64,000 bases of DNA from Prochlorococcus sp. AG-347-J19 (GCA_003279015.1 QCBV01000002.1:22774-86773), one strand, 5' to 3'. Positions 1-10,579 are shown, numbered from the stretch's first letter. Notes: generated from the sequence alone by a model not told the origin. A program made the numbers and translations.

Positions 1-340
1 AGTAGGTTTTTTTAAATGTTAATGCATATGTTATACCTCCAGAATGCAGAACAGCACCCCCTCCTGAGGGACGTCTAACAATATTAATTTCCCCATTTGA
101 TAATAAATTTTTCCAATGAAGGGGAATTTCCTTTTGGTGATAGCCAATTGAAAGCCAATCCCCAGTCCAATAGTAGAACCTCAATGTGAGAATTATTTCA
201 GGATTCGAAATTGTCTGATCTAAAGAATTTAGATCTAATGCCATTTGATCAAATCCAGGTAAATTATTTGTTGAAAAAATTAAAGCCTGATTTTCAATTC
301 CCAAAATTAACTTTGTAGGTTTATTTATGATAATTTTCAA
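1..340 (-). CDS. Lipoate-protein ligase A family protein (LplA-like). Only the 5' part is present; the gene runs off the left edge.
   Basis: Not in the ORF track because no stop lies in the window. My minus-strand translation reads ..[85 protein letters not shown]. RRxSGGGAVxH is the LplA-type ligase signature. An in-frame stop lies at 364-362. The start is uncertain (TTG 340-338 or ATG 244-242). Confidence 0.75.
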   Translation of the reverse strand, partial: MKIIINKPTKLILGIENQALIFSTNNLPGFDQMALDLNSLDQTISNPEIILTLRFYYWTGDWLSIGYHQKEIPLHWKNLLSNGEINIVRRPSGGGAVLHSGGITYALTFKKTY

Positions 341-441
341 TAAATTTTTTCTTTCAATTTGTTAATTACGTAACATCATTTTGTAATAGTGTTTCAAATC
401 TCCTCTTTTCGGTGGAGAATATAGAAAATAATTTTTTTACC

Positions 442-546
442 ATGGAGCCAACTCAAACAATAAATCTTATTGCATTAAGCCTCATAGTTGTTATGCATGC
501 AGGAGTTTTAGCATTAAGACTAGGAATTAGTTTAGGTAGGAACTAA
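442..546 (+). CDS. psaM: Photosystem I reaction centre subunit XII (PsaM), 34 aa
   Basis: Small ORF below the track cutoff: ATG 442, TAA 544-546. It translates to [34 protein letters not shown], a single TM helix with the size and C-terminal pattern of cyanobacterial PsaM. Confidence 0.85.
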   Translation: MEPTQTINLIALSLIVVMHAGVLALRLGISLGRN

Positions 547-591
547 AGTGTATTAGAAAATTTAAAATTTATAAGGTAATAATAAAGAAAG

Positions 592-611
592 ACTGAATTG
601 ATTTATTCAGT
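592..611 (+). other. 7-bp stem-loop downstream of psaM (ACTGAAT-TGATTT-ATTCAGT). Possible weak terminator or RNA end.
   Basis: The perfect inverted repeat was read directly from the sequence. No U-tract follows it. Confidence 0.25.
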
Positions 612-631
612 AAAAATATCAAGTACTTAAT

Positions 632-979
632 TTGTCAAAATCTTTTTATAAAAATAGTATCTTCTACAAAAAATTTTTAGGTTCTGTATTTATAAAAAGA
701 CAACAGAAAGAGGATAATTTTGTATCATTGATTTTTTTAATTATAAAAATTAGCTTTTCCCTTTTAGCAATAATAAGCTTGATTAAGCTTGGCTATAGTT
801 CTAAAGTAAGATTGATCAGATTAAGGGAAATTGAAGAATCATTTTTATACGAAAAATATAGATTTAATTTTTTAACAGATAAGTTTGATGATTTATTTTC
901 TTCTGAAGGTGAGCAAAGATTTATGAAGGATCAGGATCAAATAATTTCTAGGGACATTATCAGAGTAATATGGCGTTGA
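632..979 (+). CDS. Conserved hypothetical single-pass membrane protein, possibly DivIC/FtsB-like
   Basis: 115-aa ORF with a TTG start. It has a basic N-terminus, one hydrophobic helix (LIFLIIKISFSLLAIISLIKL) and a charged, helical C-terminal part. The functional guess comes from architecture only. Confidence 0.5.
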   Translation: MSKSFYKNSIFYKKFLGSVFIKRQQKEDNFVSLIFLIIKISFSLLAIISLIKLGYSSKVRLIRLREIEESFLYEKYRFNFLTDKFDDLFSSEGEQRFMKDQDQIISRDIIRVIWR

Positions 980-1027
980 TGTGGATGATTTGGAATCATT
1001 CTACTTTTCATTTTTCAATTAACTTTT

Positions 1028-2038
1028 TTGCTTGTGAGTAAGAACATTAAGGGTTTAGTCCTAATAACAGGAACAACTTCAGGAGTTGGATTAAATACCC
1101 TAAAACCTCTATTAAGATTTGGATGGGAAATCATAGCTGTTAATCGATCAAATAAAAGAGCTATAAAAATAGCTAATGAATCCTTGACAAAAGAGGAAGT
1201 TAAAAATGTTCACTTTATAGAAATAGATCTTTCTAACTTGGATGATGTGAGAAAAGGTTGCGATGAAATATTAGAAAGATTTAATAAGCCAATAAATTCT
1301 CTTATTTGTAATGCAGCAGTTTATAAACCGCGACTAAAGAGACCTGAAAGGTCTGCTCAGGGGTTTGAAAACTCCATGGCAGTAAATCATTTTGGGCATT
1401 TTCTTATGATAAACCTACTTATGGAAAATATTTTATCTTCTGAAAGAGAAATTGTATTAAATGGCAAATCAACTGTATTCAAACCAAGAATTACAGTATT
1501 AGGAACTGTTACGGCTAATTATTCAGAACTTGGAGGAAGGATCCCCATTCCTGCCCCAGCTGATTTGGGAGATTTAGCAGGATTCAAAAATGGTTTTTTA
1601 TCTCCCATAAGTATGGCGAATGGAAAGAAATTTAAACCTGGTAAGGCTTATAAGGATAGTAAACTTTGCAATATGGTGACCGTTCAGGAATTATCAAAAA
1701 GATATCCTGCAGAGAAGATTATTGTAAATTCTCTGTATCCTGGATGTGTCGCTGATACAAAACTTTTTAGAGATACGCCTTGGTTATTTAGATTCCTTTT
1801 CCCGATATTTCAAAAATTTATAACAAAAGGATATGTTTCACAAAGACTGGCAGGAGAGAGGGTGGCTCAAGTGGCAACTTATAAAGAATTTGCTAAACCA
1901 TCAGTCCATTGGAGCTGGGGAAATCGTCAGAAAACTGGCAGAAAAGCTTTTTCTCAAAAGTTGTCAAAAAGAATAATTGATACGAAGACCTCTCAACAAA
2001 CTTATGATTTAACAAGCCAATTGGTTGGATTAGATTAA
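1028..2038 (+). CDS. por: Light-dependent protochlorophyllide oxidoreductase (LPOR, SDR family)
   Basis: 336 aa with the N-terminal Rossmann motif ITGTTSGVGL and the catalytic YKDSKLCN motif typical of LPOR. Start codon (TTG 1028 or GTG 1034) is uncertain. Confidence 0.92.
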   Translation: MLVSKNIKGLVLITGTTSGVGLNTLKPLLRFGWEIIAVNRSNKRAIKIANESLTKEEVKNVHFIEIDLSNLDDVRKGCDEILERFNKPINSLICNAAVYKPRLKRPERSAQGFENSMAVNHFGHFLMINLLMENILSSEREIVLNGKSTVFKPRITVLGTVTANYSELGGRIPIPAPADLGDLAGFKNGFLSPISMANGKKFKPGKAYKDSKLCNMVTVQELSKRYPAEKIIVNSLYPGCVADTKLFRDTPWLFRFLFPIFQKFITKGYVSQRLAGERVAQVATYKEFAKPSVHWSWGNRQKTGRKAFSQKLSKRIIDTKTSQQTYDLTSQLVGLD

Positions 2039-2044
2039 TTCAGA

Positions 2045-2932
<888 letters not shown>

Positions 2933-2984
2933 TTAAAGCTTTAAAACACATTATTATTTATATTCTTGCAGCGTAAATACACAT

Positions 2985-3040
2985 GAAATATGTTTCTAAA
3001 CAAATATGTATTCAATTGTATTAAAAGTGGGAAATATGTT
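2985..3040. repeat. Repeated AAATATGT motif upstream of chlL (GAAATATGTT twice, AAATATGT once)
   Basis: GAAATATGTT occurs at 2985-2994 and 3031-3040, and AAATATGT at 3002-3009. All lie 53-108 nt upstream of the chlL start codon. Confidence 0.4.
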
Positions 3041-3124
3041 CTTATAACTACATTTTTCGAATTTAATCTATTAGTTTATGAGTGAAAATACTCATGACTA
3101 AATTAAAATTTATTAGTAAATAAA

Positions 3125-4696
3125 TTAACTAAAATATGCTTTGGCATCGTAAAGGGTTTCATCGCTTATTTCTAGAATTCCTCTCAAGATTGCATATTTT
3201 TCGGTATTTGTTTTCACTTTACCTCTTACAAAAAATGGAACTTTTGTTAATTCAGCTCTACCAGATTCAGTCCAGATAATTCCTTCTTTACTATTTTTTT
3301 CTTTTTTCTCGTCAGAATTTAAAATGTTATTTGTGTTTGTCGCAGTATGTCCTAAATGGCTTTGATGACCGTCGACAAACTCAAAGTCATGTTTGAACAT
3401 ATCAATAAGATGCTCCTCTAAGCCCATCATTAGGGGATGTACCCAGTCATCAAAAATCACATTTGCTCCTTCCCATCCCATTTGAGGGCTATACCTTGCA
3501 GGAACATCTTGAACATGCATTGGAGTACTAATTACTGAGCATGGAATGCCGAGTCTTTTTGCACTATGTCTTTCCATTTGAGTCCCTAAAACTAGTTCAG
3601 GGGCGGCTTTTTTCATGGCATCTTCCACTTCTAGATAATTGTTAGTTATCAGTGCTTCTACATTAAGATCTTTTGCAGTAGCTCTTACTTGCCTAGCCAT
3701 CTCCCTGCTGTATGTTCCAAGACCCACTACTTCAAAACCCAATTCTTCCTTAGCAATTTTAGCTGCTGCAATTGCATGTGTTCCATCACCAAAAATAAAA
3801 ACTCTTTTACCAGTTAGATAATTAGAGTCAACTGATTTTGAGTACCAAGGAAGTTTTGATTTATTTTTTAATTCTTCTTTATTCGTTAAAGGAAGATCTA
3901 ATTTCTCATGAACTTCATTTATAAATTCAATTGTATTTTTTATTCCAATAGGAATAGTATTTGTATATTCCATTCCAAAGTTTCGTTTAAGCCACTCACA
4001 TGAAGCTTCAGCAATTTCTTTATAAAGACAGATATTTATTTCAGCATCAATTAATCTTTCAATATCATCAGGACTAGCACCTAATGGGGCAACTACGTTT
4101 GTATCAATACCTTGTTCCGAAAGTATGCGTTGGATTTCGATTACATCATCTCTGCATCTAAATCCTAGTAATGAAGGGCCAAGTATATTAACTTTTGGTC
4201 TCCTACCTAATTTCCTCCACCTAAGGGGATTTATTCTGTCTGAAGAACTTACTTTTTCTTTTAAAAGAGTTCTTGTTAGTTGATAAAAGGTTTCTGAGGC
4301 CCCCCAATTTTCTTTCTTGCTATAAGCAGGTAATTCAAGATTAACAATCGGCATATCAAACCCCATCCCTTTCGCAAGTGCTCCAGGTTGGTCTTGGATA
4401 AGTTCTGCTGTACAACTTTCCCCGACTAAAAGAGTTTTGGGTTTGAATCGTTCAACCGCTTCCTTAATATTTTTCTTCACTAATTCTGCTGTATCGCCTC
4501 CAAGGTCTCTAGCCTGAAAAGTTGTATAAGTTACTGGAGGCCTTTGCCCCCTCCTCTCGATCATGGTAAAGAGAAGATCTGCATATGTATCTCCTTGGGG
4601 GGCATGAAGCACATAATGAATGTCTTTCATTGACGAGGCAATTCTCATAGCACCAACATGTGGTGGTCCTTCATACGTCCAAAGAGTTAATTCCAT
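3125..4696 (-). CDS. chlB: Dark-operative protochlorophyllide reductase subunit B (ChlB)
   Basis: 523 aa and NifK-like ([23 protein letters not shown]...). It lies in the chlN-chlB-chlL arrangement. Confidence 0.96.
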   Translation of the reverse strand: MELTLWTYEGPPHVGAMRIASSMKDIHYVLHAPQGDTYADLLFTMIERRGQRPPVTYTTFQARDLGGDTAELVKKNIKEAVERFKPKTLLVGESCTAELIQDQPGALAKGMGFDMPIVNLELPAYSKKENWGASETFYQLTRTLLKEKVSSSDRINPLRWRKLGRRPKVNILGPSLLGFRCRDDVIEIQRILSEQGIDTNVVAPLGASPDDIERLIDAEINICLYKEIAEASCEWLKRNFGMEYTNTIPIGIKNTIEFINEVHEKLDLPLTNKEELKNKSKLPWYSKSVDSNYLTGKRVFIFGDGTHAIAAAKIAKEELGFEVVGLGTYSREMARQVRATAKDLNVEALITNNYLEVEDAMKKAAPELVLGTQMERHSAKRLGIPCSVISTPMHVQDVPARYSPQMGWEGANVIFDDWVHPLMMGLEEHLIDMFKHDFEFVDGHQSHLGHTATNTNNILNSDEKKEKNSKEGIIWTESGRAELTKVPFFVRGKVKTNTEKYAILRGILEISDETLYDAKAYFS

Positions 4697-4701
4697 AGTT
4701 T

Positions 4702-5967
<1,266 letters not shown>

Positions 5968-6115
5968 TCAAGAGCTTATATTTCAAGCTTGCATAAACTT
6001 TTTAATTTAAGAAAGTAATTAATAAGTTCTCTTACAAAATGAACACATTTAAAAAACTTATATGAATGTTTAAATACTTAAATGGGAATTATGAAAAAAA
6101 CTTTTTGGGCGTATT

Positions 6116-6484
6116 TTAATTTCTGTAGAAGGAATTTCCTTGACTTGTTTTTGAGATTTTCCATACATTTCTAGCTATTTTCGTTGCTAATAATCCTGCT
6201 CTTTCTAACTTTGATTTTCCGGGCTTTGCTCCAATTAAAGCTGTCACTTCTGAAGTAGTTAAAGGTGCTCCAGTATTTATAGCTAATTGCGTTAACTCCA
6301 ATCTATCTCTAAGGTTCTTAAGATTTACTTTTTCAATTTTATCTTCTTCTAACCAACTAAAAGATGGGTCTTTCTGAGATAGTTTTTGCATCAAGCTAAG
6401 ACTTACTAATCCAAGAGTTTGATCAGGAGTTAATTCTTTTTCAGTAGCAGAAACATTTGGTTCTTTTTTTTGAGAAGTTCCCAT
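6116..6484 (-). CDS. Conserved hypothetical protein with a possible HTH-like segment
   Basis: 122-aa ORF between chlN and csoS1D. I recognise no family. The segment PLTTSEVTALIGAKPG resembles an HTH turn. Confidence 0.55.
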   Translation of the reverse strand: MGTSQKKEPNVSATEKELTPDQTLGLVSLSLMQKLSQKDPSFSWLEEDKIEKVNLKNLRDRLELTQLAINTGAPLTTSEVTALIGAKPGKSKLERAGLLATKIARNVWKISKTSQGNSFYRN

Positions 6485-6581
6485 AAAAATGCATATCTTT
6501 TACTTGAAGTTATCGTTTTGTGGGAAGCATGCAAGTAAATTTAATAGAAAAAATGATCCATTATCCGTTATAGTCGCGTGA

Positions 6582-7352
6582 ATGGAACCAACTTCTAGTT
6601 TAAACAGAGGGGAACGAAAAAAAGGCAGTTCTCTTGTCACAGGATCTGAGGTGCAATCTCAGGCCAGTGGTGCAAGCTGTTTTATTACAACTGATTCAGA
6701 GAAGTCTTTGGTATCCAGACAAGCAAGTCAAGTTGAGCAAATTGAGTTGAGAACATATGTTTTTTTGGATTCTCTTCAACCTCAATTAGCTGCATATATG
6801 GGGACGGTTAGTAGAGGTTTTTTACCTATACCCGGAGATTCATGCCTTTGGATGGAAGTTTCACCTGGGATGGCCGTTCATAGAGTCACTGATATTGCCT
6901 TAAAAGCAAGTAATGTAAGACTTGGTCAGATGATTGTTGAAAGAGCATTTGGCTCTCTTGCTCTTTATCACAAAGATCAAAGTACTGTTTTACATTCTGG
7001 TGATGTTGTTCTAGATGCTATTGGAAGTGAAGTTAGAAAAAGAACCAAACCTTCAACAAGTTGGACAGAAGTTATTAGAGCTATTACTCCAGATCATGCT
7101 GTTTTAATAAATAGACAAAACAGAAGTGGATCAATGATTCAATCTGGAATGAGCATGTTTATATTAGAAACTGAACCGGCTGGGTATGTCTTAAAAGCAG
7201 CAAATGAAGCAGAAAAAGCATCAAATATAACTGTTGTTGATGTAAAGGCCGTTGGCGCTTTCGGTAGATTAACTCTCGCTGGTAAGGAAGGAGATGTAGA
7301 AGAAGCAGCAGCTGCTGCTATAAGAGCAATTGATGAAATCTCAAATTATTGA
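6582..7352 (+). CDS. csoS1D: Tandem-BMC-domain carboxysome shell protein CsoS1D
   Basis: 256 aa with a disordered N-terminus followed by two BMC-like halves. Its size and its position just upstream of the cso operon match CsoS1D as described in Prochlorococcus. Confidence 0.88.
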   Translation: MEPTSSLNRGERKKGSSLVTGSEVQSQASGASCFITTDSEKSLVSRQASQVEQIELRTYVFLDSLQPQLAAYMGTVSRGFLPIPGDSCLWMEVSPGMAVHRVTDIALKASNVRLGQMIVERAFGSLALYHKDQSTVLHSGDVVLDAIGSEVRKRTKPSTSWTEVIRAITPDHAVLINRQNRSGSMIQSGMSMFILETEPAGYVLKAANEAEKASNITVVDVKAVGAFGRLTLAGKEGDVEEAAAAAIRAIDEISNY

Positions 7353-7359
7353 TAATTTT

Positions 7360-7944
7360 CTAATTTAAACCAATTTCTTTTTTGAGGTAAGGTGACATAA
7401 TTTTGGCAGCTTTACCTCTACTACCTAATTTATTTAATTGTGATTGTGAGAGCTCACCGTAAACACAATTAGACTCTTTTACCCAAAAAATAGATTCGAA
7501 TTCCCCGTTTGGATATTTGGGGTTCTTAAGAATTTCTCCCCAGCATATTCCTGTTGTATCTTTAACTAAGTTTCCTAAGGGATCGCACAAAACCATACAA
7601 CTTATAAATCTCGCACTCCTATAAGGACTATCAGAAAGTTCATTAATTAATTTTTTAATTTTCTCATCATTAGTTTTGGCATATCGAGCAGAATAAATTC
7701 CAGGCCGACCATCTAAAACATCTACTTCAAGACCCGAGTCATCAGCTAATGCCCAAGTTTTAGTCTCTAAAGCAGCTGCTTTTGCTTTTAAAAGTGCATT
7801 CTCAAAATATGTGTTTCCAGTCTCTTCGACATTTAAATATTCTGGTTGCTTCTGAACCTTTAAAGACAAAACATCCAGCATCTCTGAAATTTCAGATACT
7901 TTTCTTTGATTGCCACTAGCAATAGTTAGAACTGGAAGGTTCAA
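7360..7944 (-). CDS. rdgB: Non-canonical purine NTP pyrophosphatase (Ham1/RdgB family)
   Basis: 194 aa. The N-terminal IASGNQRKVSEI matches the ATGNxGKxxE-type Ham1 motif. Confidence 0.88.
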   Translation of the reverse strand: MNLPVLTIASGNQRKVSEISEMLDVLSLKVQKQPEYLNVEETGNTYFENALLKAKAAALETKTWALADDSGLEVDVLDGRPGIYSARYAKTNDEKIKKLINELSDSPYRSARFISCMVLCDPLGNLVKDTTGICWGEILKNPKYPNGEFESIFWVKESNCVYGELSQSQLNKLGSRGKAAKIMSPYLKKEIGLN

Positions 7945-8008
7945 AATAACGAATAAATTTATTGTGAATAATATCTTACTTCAAAGCTTGATACGGAGAC
8001 AGGAAAGG

Positions 8009-8022
8009 TTGAACATTCCACA
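8009..8022. repeat. Direct repeat copy 1: TTGAACATTCCACA
   Basis: Exact 14-mer, identical to 8240-8253. It sits next to the hairpin CCTGT-GTAG-ACAGG (8023-8036) in a locally GC-rich patch. Confidence 0.8.
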
Positions 8023-8210
8023 CCTGTGTAGACAGGGCCTGCCTCGTACGGAAATAACATAATGTAAATTTTTTCTTAACACAACAGTATGTTTTGATGC
8101 ACTAACTAATTTGCATAAGTATTGACATATCAATAGTACCAAGGGTGATAAGTTTAACTTATGAATGATAGAAAAAACATTAATGGAGATTTTGTCGAAA
8201 ACGCTTGACT

Positions 8211-8216
8211 TATAAG
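8211..8216 (+). promoter_or_regulatory. Candidate -10 element (TATAAG) for the csoS1-rbcLS operon
   Basis: TATAAG, preceded by TTGACT but too close for a standard -35 spacing, lies about 55 nt upstream of the csoS1 ATG. This is a pattern match only. Confidence 0.3.
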
Positions 8217-8239
8217 TACTTAATGAAGCATTCTTCGAA

Positions 8240-8253
8240 TTGAACATTCCACA
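8240..8253. repeat. Direct repeat copy 2: TTGAACATTCCACA, in the csoS1 leader
   Basis: Exact 14-mer, identical to 8009-8022. It ends 18 nt before the csoS1 start codon. Confidence 0.8.
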
Positions 8254-8271
8254 TTTAGTATTTAGTAGACA

Positions 8272-8583
8272 ATGGCTACAGAAACAATGGGTATCGCTCT
8301 CGGCATGATCGAGACACGCGGACTTGTACCTGCAATCGAAGCAGCAGACGCAATGACAAAGGCAGCAGAAGTTCGCCTTATTGGTCGTGAATTCGTTGGT
8401 GGCGGTTATGTCACAGTATTAGTTAGAGGCGAAACAGGCGCAGTTAACGCAGCTGTAAGAGCTGGTGCTGATGCTTGTGAAAGAGTTGGTGACGGTTTAG
8501 TTGCTGCTCACATTATTGCTCGTCCTCATAGAGAAGTTGAACCTGCTCTAGGTAACGGTGAATTTCTTGGTCAAAAGGACTAA
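8272..8583 (+). CDS. csoS1: Major carboxysome shell protein CsoS1 (BMC-H hexamer)
   Basis: 103 aa with the BMC domain GIALGMIETRGLVPAIEAADAMTKAAEV. It lies directly upstream of rbcL. Confidence 0.97.
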   Translation: MATETMGIALGMIETRGLVPAIEAADAMTKAAEVRLIGREFVGGGYVTVLVRGETGAVNAAVRAGADACERVGDGLVAAHIIARPHREVEPALGNGEFLGQKD

Positions 8584-8652
8584 TTAAGTAAAGCAAGATT
8601 TATAAATTTTGCATAATAATTATTTTCCCTACATAGACCTAAATTTATCCTT

Positions 8653-10068
8653 ATGAGTAAGAAGTATGACGCAGGGGTAAAGGAGTACAGAGATACCTAC
8701 TGGACTCCAGAATATGTCCCCCTAGACACCGATTTACTAGCCTGTTTCAAATGTACAGGTCAGGAAGGTGTTCCAAGAGAAGAAGTTGCAGCTGCTGTTG
8801 CCGCTGAATCTTCAACAGGTACTTGGTCAACAGTTTGGTCCGAGTTACTTACTGACTTAGAATTTTATAAAGGACGTTGTTATCGCATCGAAGACGTCCC
8901 TGGAGATCCTGAAGCTTTCTATGCTTTTATTGCATATCCTTTAGATCTTTTTGAAGAAGGCTCAATTACAAACGTATTAACATCTCTTGTAGGAAACGTT
9001 TTTGGATTTAAAGCTCTAAGACATCTACGTCTAGAAGATATTAGATTCCCAATTGCTTTCATTAAAACTTGTGGTGGCCCACCAAACGGAATCGTAGTTG
9101 AAAGAGATCGACTTAACAAATACGGAAGACCTCTACTTGGTTGTACCATCAAACCTAAATTAGGATTATCTGGTAAAAACTACGGTCGAGTTGTTTATGA
9201 ATGTCTTAGAGGCGGTCTTGATTTAACTAAGGATGATGAGAATATTAATTCTCAACCATTTCAACGTTGGAGAGAAAGATTTGAGTTTGTTGCAGAAGCA
9301 GTTAAACTTGCTCAACGAGAAACTGGAGAAGTTAAAGGTCACTATCTAAACTGTACTGCTAACACTCCTGAAGAACTTTATGAAAGAGCTGAATTTGCAA
9401 AAGAGCTAGATATGCCAATCATCATGCATGATTATATAACTGGTGGTTTTACTGCAAATACTGGATTAGCAAACTGGTGTCGTAAAAATGGCATGCTTCT
9501 TCATATTCACAGAGCGATGCATGCTGTTATTGATAGACATCCAAAACACGGTATCCATTTCAGGGTTCTAGCAAAATGTTTGAGACTCTCCGGAGGAGAT
9601 CAATTACATACTGGAACTGTTGTTGGAAAACTAGAAGGTGATCGTCAAACAACCCTTGGTTACATTGATAACTTAAGAGAGTCATTTGTTCCTGAAGATA
9701 GATCAAGAGGTAACTTCTTTGATCAAGATTGGGGTTCAATGCCAGGAGTATTTGCTGTCGCATCAGGTGGTATTCACGTATGGCATATGCCTGCACTCCT
9801 AGCGATTTTTGGAGATGATTCTTGTCTTCAGTTCGGTGGAGGAACACATGGTCATCCATGGGGTTCAGCTGCTGGAGCTGCAGCTAACAGAGTTGCTTTA
9901 GAAGCTTGTGTAAAAGCCCGTAATGCTGGTCGCGAAATCGAAAAAGAGAGTAGAGACATTCTTATGGAAGCTGCTAAGCATAGTCCTGAATTAGCTATTG
10001 CTCTAGAAACTTGGAAGGAAATTAAGTTTGAGTTTGACACTGTCGACAAGCTTGATGTTCAGGGTTAA
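8653..10068 (+). CDS. rbcL: RuBisCO large subunit, form IA
   Basis: 471 aa with hallmark motifs [16 protein letters not shown] and [11 protein letters not shown]. Confidence 0.99.
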   Translation: MSKKYDAGVKEYRDTYWTPEYVPLDTDLLACFKCTGQEGVPREEVAAAVAAESSTGTWSTVWSELLTDLEFYKGRCYRIEDVPGDPEAFYAFIAYPLDLFEEGSITNVLTSLVGNVFGFKALRHLRLEDIRFPIAFIKTCGGPPNGIVVERDRLNKYGRPLLGCTIKPKLGLSGKNYGRVVYECLRGGLDLTKDDENINSQPFQRWRERFEFVAEAVKLAQRETGEVKGHYLNCTANTPEELYERAEFAKELDMPIIMHDYITGGFTANTGLANWCRKNGMLLHIHRAMHAVIDRHPKHGIHFRVLAKCLRLSGGDQLHTGTVVGKLEGDRQTTLGYIDNLRESFVPEDRSRGNFFDQDWGSMPGVFAVASGGIHVWHMPALLAIFGDDSCLQFGGGTHGHPWGSAAGAAANRVALEACVKARNAGREIEKESRDILMEAAKHSPELAIALETWKEIKFEFDTVDKLDVQG

Positions 10069-10082
10069 CTCAAGTTTCCAAA

Positions 10083-10105
10083 TTGAGGAGATTTATTCTC
10101 CTCAA
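10083..10105 (+). other. Perfect 9-bp stem-loop in the rbcL-rbcS spacer (TTGAGGAGA-TTTAT-TCTCCTCAA)
   Basis: The inverted repeat was read directly. A second small hairpin, CTCGT-TTTT-ACGAG, lies at 10118-10131. Confidence 0.6.
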
Positions 10106-10156
10106 AATTATTAAAATCTCGTTTTTACGAGTAATTTCATTCACATTTGATTAATT

Positions 10157-10498
10157 ATGCCTTTCCAGAGCACAGTAAGCGACTATCAAACAGTTGCAAC
10201 CCTGGAAACATTCGGTTTTTTACCACCGATGACCCAGGAAGAAATATATGACCAAATTGCGTACATAATTGCTCAAGGTTGGAGTCCAGTTATTGAGCAT
10301 GTTCATCCTAGTGGATGTATGCAAACTTATTGGTCTTATTGGAAACTCCCATTTTTTGGGGAAAAAGATCTTAACTTGATCGTGAGCGAATTAGAGGCAT
10401 GCCATAGAGCATACCCTGATCATCATGTAAGAATCATCGGATACGATGCTTACACTCAAAGTCAAGGAACAGCTTTTGTAGTTTTCCAAGGACGTTAA
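10157..10498 (+). CDS. rbcS: RuBisCO small subunit
   Basis: 113 aa (YWSYWKLPFFG, HHVRIIGYD), located downstream of rbcL. Confidence 0.98.
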   Translation: MPFQSTVSDYQTVATLETFGFLPPMTQEEIYDQIAYIIAQGWSPVIEHVHPSGCMQTYWSYWKLPFFGEKDLNLIVSELEACHRAYPDHHVRIIGYDAYTQSQGTAFVVFQGR

Positions 10499-10520
10499 AG
10501 CTACTTATCGTAGTTAATAT

Positions 10521-10554
10521 CTTTCTCCAAAAAAATGTTTTGGAGAAAGTTTTT
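10521..10554 (+). terminator. Intrinsic terminator or attenuator between rbcS and csoS2
   Basis: Perfect 12-bp stem CTTTCTCCAAAA (10521-10532) / TTTTGGAGAAAG (10538-10549), loop AAATG, followed by TTTTT (10550-10554). Confidence 0.7.
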
Positions 10555-10579
10555 CAAAAGAGTTTCACATTTGAAGATT

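Noticed and set aside
3639-3821. Short ORFs antisense to or embedded in well-supported genes. Examples: 3639-3821, 4620-4808, 5342-5566, 8919-9152, 9560-9859, 9852-10049, 11823-12008, 14362-14595, 22681-22929, 25891-26226, 33805-34092, 34489-34743, 41275-41589, 45792-46145, 47918-48259, 52044-52454, 61564-61791.
   Set aside because: Each lies fully inside a longer, clearly homologous CDS on the opposite strand or in another frame. Their composition is low-complexity or atypical, and I recognise no motifs.
8044-8060. NtcA-like site (GTA-N8-TAC) near CGTACGGAAATAACA in the cso upstream region
   Set aside because: The spacing and second half-site do not fit GTAN8TAC or even GT-N10-AC.
7981-8247. 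88-aa minus-strand ORF that fills the ham1-csoS1 spacer
   Set aside because: It spans the likely promoter and leader of the cso operon. Its composition is Cys/Leu/Ser-rich and looks random, and I recognise no motif. It is most likely a chance ORF. Note that its ATG and a second in-frame ATG both fall inside the two 14-bp repeat copies.
10535-10579. 15-codon N-terminal extension of csoS2
   Set aside because: The ATG at 10535 lies in the loop of the rbcS-csoS2 terminator hairpin. The CsoS2-like sequence begins at the ATG at 10580.
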